Of a DNA stretch of 42,186 nucleotides, positions 16,746 to 24,890 are shown in pieces. The position numbers and the translations under genes were made by a program. Position 1 is the stretch's first letter, and each line of letters starts with the position of its first letter. The stretch is from Phycisphaerae bacterium (GTDB lineage Bacteria > Planctomycetota > Phycisphaerae > WQYP01): contig JBIJDM010000002.1 in the NCBI GenBank assembly GCA_044344145.1, positions 1-42,186 on the forward strand, read 5' to 3'. The notes beneath the pieces were generated by a model that searched no databases, was not told where the DNA came from, and was given only the letters and a program-made list of their open reading frames with translations.

Positions 16746-18273
16746 CCATACCTCCACGCCGCACAATCGCCCCGGTGGGACACACCTCGGCACAGCGGCT
16801 GGCACTATGCGTCAGGGCTTGGGCCCAACTGACCCCCAGCGGAGTCGCTAGATGAAAGGTAAGCCCCCGCCCCGCCAACGTCAAGCCCACGGGCTCGCGG
16901 GCCTGTTTGGTAACTTCCACGCACAAGCCGCAGCCGATACATTTGCTTATATCAATATCCACTTCCGGATGGCTGGTGATCAGGGGTGGGGGAATCTGGG
17001 TGGGGTTGTGGGTGGACCAGCGGGCACCATATTCTTCGGCATAATTCCGCAACCGGCAGGAATCCGCCACCGCGCAACCGCATTGCAGGCAGCGTTGGGC
17101 TTCCAGACTCATGGCCTCGGGGGTGTGGGTGGTGGTGGCCGGGGTCTGGGGGATAACGGTGATATGCGGATGGGGGCGATGAACTGAGAAACGCATAGGC
17201 TTCATGGTCGCTACTGGGTTCACGTGGGCCAGAAAATCGGCGTGAATCTGCTGGGCGGCTTTGCGGCCTTCGGCGAGACCTTTGACGGCCAGTCGCGTGG
17301 GGATGACCATCGCACCAGCGGCGTAAAGCCCGGTGGTCCCCAGCCGGTACGACTGGGTTAGTACCCCCTGCCCGCGCCAGGGCCAGCCATGGGCTTCGGC
17401 CAGCGCGGGAGTCATGGGGCCCAAGGCCAGCAGGACGGCATCGTATTGCCCGCGCAGATCGGCGGTGGTCAATTCGGGCCCGAAGGAGCAACCCAGGCGG
17501 AGTGTTATCCCCATACGGAGCAATACATCCAATTCGGCATCGAGCAGTTCTGGTGGCAGTTCGGCCGGGGGGACATGGGTCCGCAAGGCTCCACCCAGTT
17601 GGGTGGCTTTGTCTATGAGTGTGACGCGGTAGCCGCGCTGCAGGAGTTCGAAGGCAGCGGCCAGACCGGTGGGGCCGGTGCCGACGATGGCAACGGATTT
17701 GCCGGTGTCAGGGGCGCAGGTGGGCGGGCTGATGGGCCCGGAGGCCAGTTCCTGGGCGACCAGGCCGCGCTTCAAAGCGCACACGGCCAGTCCGCCGTCG
17801 TGGGCGCTGCGGTGACAACCTTTGGCACACGGCTCGGGACAAATATGACCTAGCACGCCCGGCAGGGCGATGGTCTGCCGTACCACGGCCAGGGCCTGGG
17901 CAAAGTCGCCCGCGCGGACCCAGCGGGCCACGCTGGGGACATCCATGTGGGCTGGGCAGGCTTGCGTGCAGGGGGCCACACAATCGCCGTAATGCTCGGA
18001 GAGCAGGAGTTCCAGACTCGCCCGGCGCGCGGCGAAGATAGCGTCGCTCTGGGTGGTGATGACCATGCCGTCCGACACCGGATGGCCGCAGGCGGGGATG
18101 AGATGATCCTGTCCGGCGACCTGTACCACGCAGACCATGCAGCAAACCTGGGGCGGGAGTGTGGGCTCGTAGCAGAGCGTGGGAATCGCGATGCCCAGCC
18201 GGGCGGCGGCGGTCACGATGGTGGTCGGTTCGGCAAGGGTGAGAGGTTGGCCATCAATGGTGATATGAATCAT
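16735..18273 (-). CDS. Fe-S flavoprotein: NuoG/HydA-type N-terminal [2Fe-2S] domain, GltD-like FeS/FAD domain, and NuoG-type [4Fe-4S] domains
   Basis: MIHITIDGQ...LCYEPTLPPQVCCMVCVV...PAC is a plant-type 2Fe-2S site as in NuoG. EHYGDCVAPCTQACPAH...ICPEPCAKGC matches the GltD N-terminal FeS region. VAIVGTGPTGLAAAFELLQRGYRVTLIDK...GG is a dinucleotide fold, and LYAAGAM follows. C-terminal FeS motifs are CLQCGC...C and CIGCGLCVEV...RCAEVCPTGAI. The ATG overlaps the upstream stop in an ATGA arrangement. Confidence 0.8.
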   Translation of the reverse strand: MIHITIDGQPLTLAEPTTIVTAAARLGIAIPTLCYEPTLPPQVCCMVCVVQVAGQDHLIPACGHPVSDGMVITTQSDAIFAARRASLELLLSEHYGDCVAPCTQACPAHMDVPSVARWVRAGDFAQALAVVRQTIALPGVLGHICPEPCAKGCHRSAHDGGLAVCALKRGLVAQELASGPISPPTCAPDTGKSVAIVGTGPTGLAAAFELLQRGYRVTLIDKATQLGGALRTHVPPAELPPELLDAELDVLLRMGITLRLGCSFGPELTTADLRGQYDAVLLALGPMTPALAEAHGWPWRGQGVLTQSYRLGTTGLYAAGAMVIPTRLAVKGLAEGRKAAQQIHADFLAHVNPVATMKPMRFSVHRPHPHITVIPQTPATTTHTPEAMSLEAQRCLQCGCAVADSCRLRNYAEEYGARWSTHNPTQIPPPLITSHPEVDIDISKCIGCGLCVEVTKQAREPVGLTLAGRGLTFHLATPLGVSWAQALTHSASRCAEVCPTGAIVRRGGMDDS

Positions 18274-20597
18274 CGGCGCACCGCCGTACTGCCGGACATG
18301 ATGGCAATCGCGTGTTCGGGACAACCGGTCCGGCACAAGTCACACTGGGTGCACAGGTCGAGATTAATTTTGGCTTTTTGGTACGGGAGCAAAGGAATGG
18401 CCTGCACCGGGCAGACCTGTGCGCACTTGCTGCAGCCGATACAGTCGGCGGTGACTTCGTAGTTGATCAGGGCTTTGCATACCCCCGCCGGGCATTGGCC
18501 GTTTTGGTGGGCGGTCCATTCGTCGGGGAAATAGCGCAAGGCGGATAACACCAGCCGCGGTGCATTGCGGCCCAAACCGCACATGCTGGCCTGCTGCATG
18601 TGCTGGCAGATTTGTTGTAGTTGGGCCACGTCGCCGGGCTTGGCGTTACCAGCCACGAAGCCTTCCAGCAGGGAGACCATACGGCGGGTGCCATAACGAC
18701 ACGGGATGCATTTACCGCAGGATTCCGCCGCGCTGAACCGGGCGAAATAGAGGCACAGGTCCAGCATGCAATCGGACTGATCCAGCGCGATGATTCCCCC
18801 GGAGCCCATGATACCGCCCAGCGTTTGCAGGGCTTCGAAGTCCACGGGGACGTGGCAATGTTCCGCCGGGATACAGGCTCCGGAAGGCCCGCCAAGTAGC
18901 ACGCCTTTGAGTTTACCCCCGGCGGCCATACCCCCACCCAGATCGTGAATCAGATCGTACAGGGAGATTCCCATGGGGACTTCCACCAAGCCGGGATGGC
19001 GTAATTTTCCCGCCAGACAGAACACCTTGGTGCCAGGGCTCGCAGCCGTGCCGGTGGCGCGAAATGCGCTTGCCCCGGTGGCGATCAAACTGGGAACCAA
19101 CGCGAGGGTTTCCACGTTATTGACGAGGGTGGGCTGACCATGCCAGCCGGATTGTGCGGGATAGGGAGGCCGGAGGCGCGGCACACCGCGCTGGCCTTCC
19201 AGCGAAGCGATGAGTGCGGTCTCTTCGCCGCAGATGTAAGCGCCCGCGCCGCGCTGCACCCGACAGGGAACGGCGAGCAATTGTTGGGCGTGCATCAGGG
19301 CCAGTGCGGCTTCGATCCGCGCGACGGCCATGGGATATTCCGCGCGAATATAAAAAATAATCGCCGACGCCCCCACCGCGTGCGCGGCAATCTGGGCGCC
19401 TTCCAGCACGCGAAACGGGAAGGACTCGAGCAACATGCGGTCCATGAAGGCACCGGGATCGCCTTCATCGCCATTGACGATGACGACCTTGTCGCCGGGG
19501 GCGGCGGCGACCAAGTCCCACTTGCGGCCACTGGGATAACCGGCCCCGCCGCGGCCGCGCAGACCGGCGGCGGTTACCTCGGTCCGGATCTGTGCGGGGG
19601 TCATGGTTTGCGCTTTGGACCAACCCTGCCACCCCCCGGCCTTGAGGTAACCGGCCCAATCGAGCGGATCATGGGTCCCGGCGGCGGCCATGGCATGGCG
19701 TTGTTGCTTGGCCAGAATCGTGGTCACCGGGCCCGCATGACTGATTTCGGCGGGGGCTGGGGTGTGCGTGCCGGTCAACCAGCGCTGCCCGAGTTGGGCG
19801 GCTTGCGTAAGTACTTTGCGCCAAGGTTGCAGCCGGCCCCGGGCCGCGGCCACGATGCCGGGGATCTGCTCGGGCCGGACCGAACCGAATAATTGTCGCT
19901 GGTCCCCCACCACCACTTCCACCATTGGCGCCGATTGGCACAGACCATTACACGCCACGGTTTGAATACTGATATTGCGCACGCCGCGCAGGGCCTGTTG
20001 CAAAGCTGCGTACAGCGCATCGGTGCCTTTGGCCACACAGCAGGAGTCTAAACAGACGCGCACCTGAACGGGGGCATCCATCGCCAGCATGGGTTTGAGG
20101 TCAATTGCAGCGACGGGTTCCGTCACGGTTTTCAGCAGCGCGGGCAGCGTGCTGGCTGTCTGCGTGCCATAAATCCGCGCGTCGGTTTGAATCACCGGGG
20201 CCATGCTGCAACAGCCCACGCAGGCTACGCCCTCGATGGTAAATTGCCCGGACGCATCAGTATCCGCATCGGGGTCCATATGCAGCAGGCGGCGCAGTTC
20301 CTGCTCCAGACGGCCACTGCCCTGCACATGACAGGCCGTGCCATGACACACACGCAGGATATGCTTGCCGGCGGGACGGCGCCGCCATTGACTGTAGAAC
20401 GAGGCCACACCTTCGATCTGGGCCAAGGGGAAACCACCGACCGCAGCCAGTTCGTGCAGGACTTCATTGGGCAGATAACCCCAATGTTCATGCACGGCCT
20501 GCAGGAGGGGCAAGAGGGCCTCGGGGGCGCGACCCGTTTGGGCAACGCGTTCCTGTAGCCAAGTGGTGATGGTGGGTGCGGTGAGGTCGGGCGTCAT
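18270..20597 (-). CDS. NuoE-NuoF fusion protein with HydB-type architecture (NADH-binding FMN/Fe-S flavoprotein)
   Basis: NuoE 2Fe-2S site: CHGTACHV...CVGCC. Thioredoxin-like 2Fe-2S site: VCLDSCC...CNGLC. NuoF motifs: GLRGRGGAGYPSGRKW, NGDEGDPGAF, YICGEETALIASLEG and ESCGKCIPCRYG...MCGLG. Two C-terminal ferredoxin motifs: CIGCSKCAQVCP and CTQCDLCRTGCP. The start is set at MTPDLTAP (20597), with an ATGA overlap to the upstream stop. The track's 123-aa Arg-rich extension lies inside the upstream gene. Confidence 0.85.
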   Translation of the reverse strand: MTPDLTAPTITTWLQERVAQTGRAPEALLPLLQAVHEHWGYLPNEVLHELAAVGGFPLAQIEGVASFYSQWRRRPAGKHILRVCHGTACHVQGSGRLEQELRRLLHMDPDADTDASGQFTIEGVACVGCCSMAPVIQTDARIYGTQTASTLPALLKTVTEPVAAIDLKPMLAMDAPVQVRVCLDSCCVAKGTDALYAALQQALRGVRNISIQTVACNGLCQSAPMVEVVVGDQRQLFGSVRPEQIPGIVAAARGRLQPWRKVLTQAAQLGQRWLTGTHTPAPAEISHAGPVTTILAKQQRHAMAAAGTHDPLDWAGYLKAGGWQGWSKAQTMTPAQIRTEVTAAGLRGRGGAGYPSGRKWDLVAAAPGDKVVIVNGDEGDPGAFMDRMLLESFPFRVLEGAQIAAHAVGASAIIFYIRAEYPMAVARIEAALALMHAQQLLAVPCRVQRGAGAYICGEETALIASLEGQRGVPRLRPPYPAQSGWHGQPTLVNNVETLALVPSLIATGASAFRATGTAASPGTKVFCLAGKLRHPGLVEVPMGISLYDLIHDLGGGMAAGGKLKGVLLGGPSGACIPAEHCHVPVDFEALQTLGGIMGSGGIIALDQSDCMLDLCLYFARFSAAESCGKCIPCRYGTRRMVSLLEGFVAGNAKPGDVAQLQQICQHMQQASMCGLGRNAPRLVLSALRYFPDEWTAHQNGQCPAGVCKALINYEVTADCIGCSKCAQVCPVQAIPLLPYQKAKINLDLCTQCDLCRTGCPEHAIAIMSGSTAVRR

Positions 20598-23500
20598 GGG
20601 GCCGCCTCCGGGGCGGCTTGCCCTTCCTTGAGGCACCAGAGATGCTTGTCGCCCCGCACATACATCCGCCCCGCCACCAGCGCGGGACCGGCGCGGACAG
20701 GTTCGCCCAGCCGCCAGGTGCCCACTTCGCGGAACGTGTCGGCCATGGCGAAGATATGCACCTCGCCGGCATCGGTGAACCAGTAGACCTGCTTGCCTGC
20801 CAGCACCGGATTGCTGTAGGAATGCTGACCGAAGTCGTGCGTCCAGAGGACTTTGCCATCGGCCAATTGGTAACAGGTGATTTTGCCTTCGGAGGCGAAG
20901 GTTAAGAGCAATTTGCCATCGGTCAACGGGCTGACGGTATCGGGCAGGGACGAATCGCTGCGCCATAATTCTTTGGGCGGTTGGCCGGACGTGGCGGTGG
21001 CGAGATCGAATACCGCTGTGATGGCATTGGCGTTGCTGACGGCCAGATAATTACCCGCTTGTACCGGGGTGGTGGAGACATCGTTGCTCAAAACTTCCAA
21101 GCGCCACAATTCACGCCCGGTCGCCGGGGCGTAGGCAATCACATTGGGGTTCGCACAAGTCAGCAGCGCGGGCGTGCCATCGGCTTGAGTAATCAGGCGC
21201 GGGGTGCTCCACGATCCGCCCATGGTACGGGGCACGCGCCACAATTGCCGGCCCGTCAGCGGGTCCAACGCCAGCAACGCGGACGAAGTGGCGGCATCCT
21301 GATCGTATTGAATAATCAAACGTTCCCCGGCCAACAGCAAACTACTCGCGTAGCCGTAAGCATTATCCACTACCCCCAGCCGTTTTTGCCAGACCTTTTC
21401 ACCGCTGACGCGCACACACACAACTTCACCAGTCGCCCACGTGGCCCAGACATAACGCCCGTCCGTCACCGCGGTGCTGGCGGCGCGAATGGTGGGCTCC
21501 AACACTTTCGGCGGTGGCGTCAGGCCCGGCCAGCTATGCGTCCAGCGCAGATTTCCGGTATCGGCGGCAAAGCACCAGAGGACGTTGGTTTGTTCGTCGG
21601 CGCCGGTCAGGAAGACATCATTACCCCAAACCACGGGGGAACTATCACCACCGAGGGGTAATTCCGCCTGCCAGCGGACTCCGTGACCAACAGGGGCATC
21701 GAATTTGCCCGGCCAGCAGCCGGGGGCGGCCACGCCGTTCATGTCGGGGCCGCGGAATTGGGGCCATTGCTGAGTCCAGATTCTAGCGTCAGGCGGAACG
21801 TATTGGGCGGGTGCGGTGGTGGCCACCGCGACATCGGTTCGCATTACAGGTTGATAAACCACCAGCAAGACCAGCCCCATGCTGACCAACCCACCACCCG
21901 CGCCAATGCCCCAGTAGGTTTGGCGCAGCCATTGGGGCCGTTCGTCGCGGCGTGGCAGACGCAGGTCGGGCAGATCACGCTGGCCACGGCGACCCAGCTT
22001 CCACAATATCACCGTCAGGGTCACCCCGAGTAACAGGGCGCCGCCCGCATTGGTGAAGAAGGTCACCCGCCATTCATATTCCTGACGCAGTTGTACATCG
22101 AGGGTGCGGATTTCCGCACGCAAGGTTTCGGGGTTGGGTGCGGTCAGGAGTTGGGTTTGCAGGTTCGCAATTTGCTCGGTTAGGAGCGGACTTTTCAGAC
22201 CACCGCGCAGATACACCCCCAGCATGAGCAGTGCGAGGATCACGGTGAGTGTCAGGGTGACCATGGCGCTGCGTTGCCAGGCCAAGTGCCGGGGCGGGAG
22301 CGCCACCGGGGCGGACGGGGTACCCAGTAATACCACTTGCGCACCGGGTTCCACGGTCTGGGGGCAATAGTCATAGCACCGGCCACAGGCGAGGCAATCC
22401 GCACTGCTGGCCAGATAATCCGCCTGGGGCTGACCACGCTGATATCGCCACCACCACGCCAGCAGAATCAGCGCCAGGGCCGCGCCTAGAACGGCGGTGG
22501 CGCTTTGCATACGGGTTTGAATCTGCCGGGCGGCGGTGAGTAACAGACCACGGTCTTCACCCAGCGCGGCAAAGGCTGCCATTGCGGTGCCGGGTTTGGG
22601 TAATGCGCCCGGAGTTTGTGCCTCCACCTGCGCGGCCAGTTGCACGGTGGGATGCCACTGGGCGAGTGTCAGTCCACCCCGCCAGCCCAGACCGGCCCAT
22701 ACGAGTACCGCAATCATTCCGCCCAGCAGCCACCAGACCCGCCGGGAGGAGCCGGTGGGGTTCAGCGCTTTTTCTGCGGGTAATTTAATCGCCCCAAATG
22801 GACAACTTTTTTCACACAACCGGCATTGGATACAGGTGGTCGGGGTCACGGTCACCGGCTTGCGGGCCAATGGCCCCAGCGCGCTCAACAGCGCCCCATA
22901 CGGACACAGCCACCGGCAATAGGGCCGACCCACCCACATACTCAGCAGTACAAAGCCCCCCGCCACCAGCAGCATTCCTACCCCCGCGTAACGGCGGAAG
23001 ACCACAACAAAGGGATCGTATTCACAAATCAGCCAGCGCGTGCCGGTGTAGGCGAGAATAAACGCCAAGCCCAAATACACCCACGGCAACAAGCGCAAAA
23101 CCCGGTCCACAGCCACCGGGACGTTCAGCGGTTTGAGCAGGACCAAATCCTGCAAAGCGCCCAGTGGACACACGCCAGCGCAAAACACGCGGCCATAAAA
23201 AAGTGTCCACACCAACGGCAAAGCCACATACACCCCCACCGCCCACGGCAGGGAATATTCCGCCGACCCCAGCGCCAGGGCCACATTCTGCAGACCCCCA
23301 ATGGCACAGACGCAGCCGCCACGATAAAAACCGAAGTACAACACCGAAGCCAGACTCAGCCACGCCAAGCCGGTGCGCTGCCGCCGGGCATGCACCAGCC
23401 AGGTCGCCACCACCATAAACGCCACCAGCATGGCCACATCCAGCACCACCATGCCCGACCAACTTAGCCGCGCCCCGGCGGGTAAATCCGTGGCCGGGAT

Positions 23501-23599
23501 GGTATAGCCGGTGGAAAACTCCGGCGGGGGAAAGCGCGCCTCCGCCCAGAGCGGGAGCGCCGTGGCGAACAAGACGAGGATGGTCAGGAGCTTGCGCAT
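20594..23599 (-). CDS. Fusion protein: NapH/CcoG-like CX3CP membrane polyferredoxin (~10 TM) plus a C-terminal PQQ-like beta-propeller
   Basis: Signal-like N-terminus MRKLLTILVLFATALPLWA. Two CX3CP motifs lie at membrane edges (FCAGVCPLGALQD and YCRWLCPYGALLS). The ferredoxin motifs are CIQCRLCEKSCP and CLACGRCYDYCP. Further TM segments run to about residue 600. From WPQFRGPDMNG (~21766) a propeller follows with repeated tGxxlW strands (TGNLRWTH, TGRQLWRV, TGRELWRL, DGKVLWTH). The start overlaps the upstream stop by 1 nt. Confidence 0.8.
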   Translation of the reverse strand: MRKLLTILVLFATALPLWAEARFPPPEFSTGYTIPATDLPAGARLSWSGMVVLDVAMLVAFMVVATWLVHARRQRTGLAWLSLASVLYFGFYRGGCVCAIGGLQNVALALGSAEYSLPWAVGVYVALPLVWTLFYGRVFCAGVCPLGALQDLVLLKPLNVPVAVDRVLRLLPWVYLGLAFILAYTGTRWLICEYDPFVVVFRRYAGVGMLLVAGGFVLLSMWVGRPYCRWLCPYGALLSALGPLARKPVTVTPTTCIQCRLCEKSCPFGAIKLPAEKALNPTGSSRRVWWLLGGMIAVLVWAGLGWRGGLTLAQWHPTVQLAAQVEAQTPGALPKPGTAMAAFAALGEDRGLLLTAARQIQTRMQSATAVLGAALALILLAWWWRYQRGQPQADYLASSADCLACGRCYDYCPQTVEPGAQVVLLGTPSAPVALPPRHLAWQRSAMVTLTLTVILALLMLGVYLRGGLKSPLLTEQIANLQTQLLTAPNPETLRAEIRTLDVQLRQEYEWRVTFFTNAGGALLLGVTLTVILWKLGRRGQRDLPDLRLPRRDERPQWLRQTYWGIGAGGGLVSMGLVLLVVYQPVMRTDVAVATTAPAQYVPPDARIWTQQWPQFRGPDMNGVAAPGCWPGKFDAPVGHGVRWQAELPLGGDSSPVVWGNDVFLTGADEQTNVLWCFAADTGNLRWTHSWPGLTPPPKVLEPTIRAASTAVTDGRYVWATWATGEVVCVRVSGEKVWQKRLGVVDNAYGYASSLLLAGERLIIQYDQDAATSSALLALDPLTGRQLWRVPRTMGGSWSTPRLITQADGTPALLTCANPNVIAYAPATGRELWRLEVLSNDVSTTPVQAGNYLAVSNANAITAVFDLATATSGQPPKELWRSDSSLPDTVSPLTDGKLLLTFASEGKITCYQLADGKVLWTHDFGQHSYSNPVLAGKQVYWFTDAGEVHIFAMADTFREVGTWRLGEPVRAGPALVAGRMYVRGDKHLWCLKEGQAAPEAAP

Positions 23600-24174
23600 C
23601 AGTCGCCGCGGGCTCCGGTGAGTTGGTTATAGGCTTTATCCGCATCTTTGCGGCTGATGGCCCCGGCGGGGCATTGTGCGGCGATGGCACATTGGTTGCA
23701 CTGCTGACATTCCGCATGACTGATCTGCAGGTACAACGAGCCATTGCCGTAATCCTGACAGCCTTGGACACAGCGGCCGCAGCCGATGCAGCGGTCCCAG
23801 TCAATGGTGTAAGCGTAATACGGGTCTTCGACGCTCTTGCGCACAATCGCATTCACCGGGCACAATTGATTTTCCGCGCCGGTGTTGAATTGCTCGGGCT
23901 TGGGGGTGAAATAACCGGAACAAATATTGCAATAACCACAGGCGGAATAGGCGTGCACACACTTCACCGCGGAGGGGGTTTTGACACAGGCCGAGGCGCA
24001 GCGGCCACAGCGGATGCAGCGGCGCGGATCGATCTGCCAGACTTGGGCGCCTTGCAGGCGCGCGGTACGCGTGGCCAGATAGCCGGCCCCGCCGGCGATG
24101 GTCACCAGCGCGGCGCCGCGCAGAATCCAGTGCATAAATTCGCGGCGTGAGGTGGGCGTGGGTTCGTCTGCCAT
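23599..24174 (-). CDS. Tat-signal periplasmic polyferredoxin, NapG-like (about four [4Fe-4S] motifs)
   Basis: The start is set at MADEPTPTSRREFMHWILRGAALVTIAGGAG, a twin-arginine SRREFM motif plus an h-region. Cys clusters: CIRCGRCASAC, CGYCNIC...CPVNAI, CIGCGRCVQGC and CQQCNQCAIAAQCP. The ATG lies 1 nt after the upstream stop. Confidence 0.8.
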   Translation of the reverse strand: MADEPTPTSRREFMHWILRGAALVTIAGGAGYLATRTARLQGAQVWQIDPRRCIRCGRCASACVKTPSAVKCVHAYSACGYCNICSGYFTPKPEQFNTGAENQLCPVNAIVRKSVEDPYYAYTIDWDRCIGCGRCVQGCQDYGNGSLYLQISHAECQQCNQCAIAAQCPAGAISRKDADKAYNQLTGARGD

Positions 24175-24175
24175 G

Positions 24176-24889
24176 TTACACCTTTCGTCCAAAAACTTTG
24201 ACCACGCCGTGATCCAGGGCATACACCCGCCCCTGGGCATCCACGGCCAACGCTTCTGGTCCAACGCGGGGATCGGTAAAATCTTCCGGTCCGGCGACAA
24301 CTTCCAGTAATTCCCCCGTCATACTGTAAATTTTGATCATCGCGATGATCTTCTGGGCCACGACGATGTGCCCTTCGGGGGTGAAATCCAGCAATACGGG
24401 GTTGCAGCAGCCGGGGAATTGCTCGGTGGCGATGCCGGGCTGGCCCCAGCGCCGGAGCAATTTGCCGTCCGCACTGTACGCCTGTAATTCATGCTGGCCG
24501 GGATTGGTCAGCCAGATTTCGCCGGCTTTGCTGACCCGCACCTGCGCTGGGGCGCGATACACCACCAGCCCCTCGGCCTTGGTAGTCACATCCGGTCCGC
24601 CGAGATGATTGAGAATCTGCCCGTTGGCATCGCGCTGGATAAAACAGCGTCCCGGCGCGTCATACGTGAAGGTATCGGTACTGATCGCCTGAGTCGCGGA
24701 TACTAGCGCCGTGGTGGCGGGTAATTTCTCCAGCAGGACAAACGTACGCCATTTCGGGTCAATGCGGGTATCGGGAATCTGTTTGGGGGTAGGCTCGGTA
24801 TTCTGGGCGTTCTGTTTCAGCAGCACGCCGGTGCCCACCGCCACGACGGCCACGCCCGCGAGGATATACAGCTTTTTGTTATTTTCCAT
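24176..24889 (-). CDS. Membrane-anchored periplasmic NHL-repeat-like protein
   Basis: The start is set at MENNKKLYILAGVAVVAVGTGVLL, an N-terminal anchor. NHL-like units include RWGQPGIATEQFPGCCNPVLLDFTPEGHIVVA...IKIYS and PEALAVDAQGRVYALDHGVVKVF. The ATG lies 1 nt after the upstream stop. Confidence 0.65.
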   Translation of the reverse strand: MENNKKLYILAGVAVVAVGTGVLLKQNAQNTEPTPKQIPDTRIDPKWRTFVLLEKLPATTALVSATQAISTDTFTYDAPGRCFIQRDANGQILNHLGGPDVTTKAEGLVVYRAPAQVRVSKAGEIWLTNPGQHELQAYSADGKLLRRWGQPGIATEQFPGCCNPVLLDFTPEGHIVVAQKIIAMIKIYSMTGELLEVVAGPEDFTDPRVGPEALAVDAQGRVYALDHGVVKVFGRKV

Positions 24890-24890
24890 C

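Noticed and set aside
20598-20966. 123-aa N-terminal extension of the NuoEF ORF in the track. Similar upstream extensions exist for the ORFs starting at 18336, 16805, 24300 and 24931.
   Set aside because: The extensions lie entirely inside the preceding genes, are Arg-rich, and precede obvious domain starts. In each case an internal ATG gives a tidy 1-11 nt junction with the upstream stop.
23022-23852. 276-aa minus-strand ORF overlapping the NapH-like and NapG-like genes in another frame
   Set aside because: It is out of frame with two motif-rich CDSs. Its Ala/Gly/Arg-rich translation has no features.
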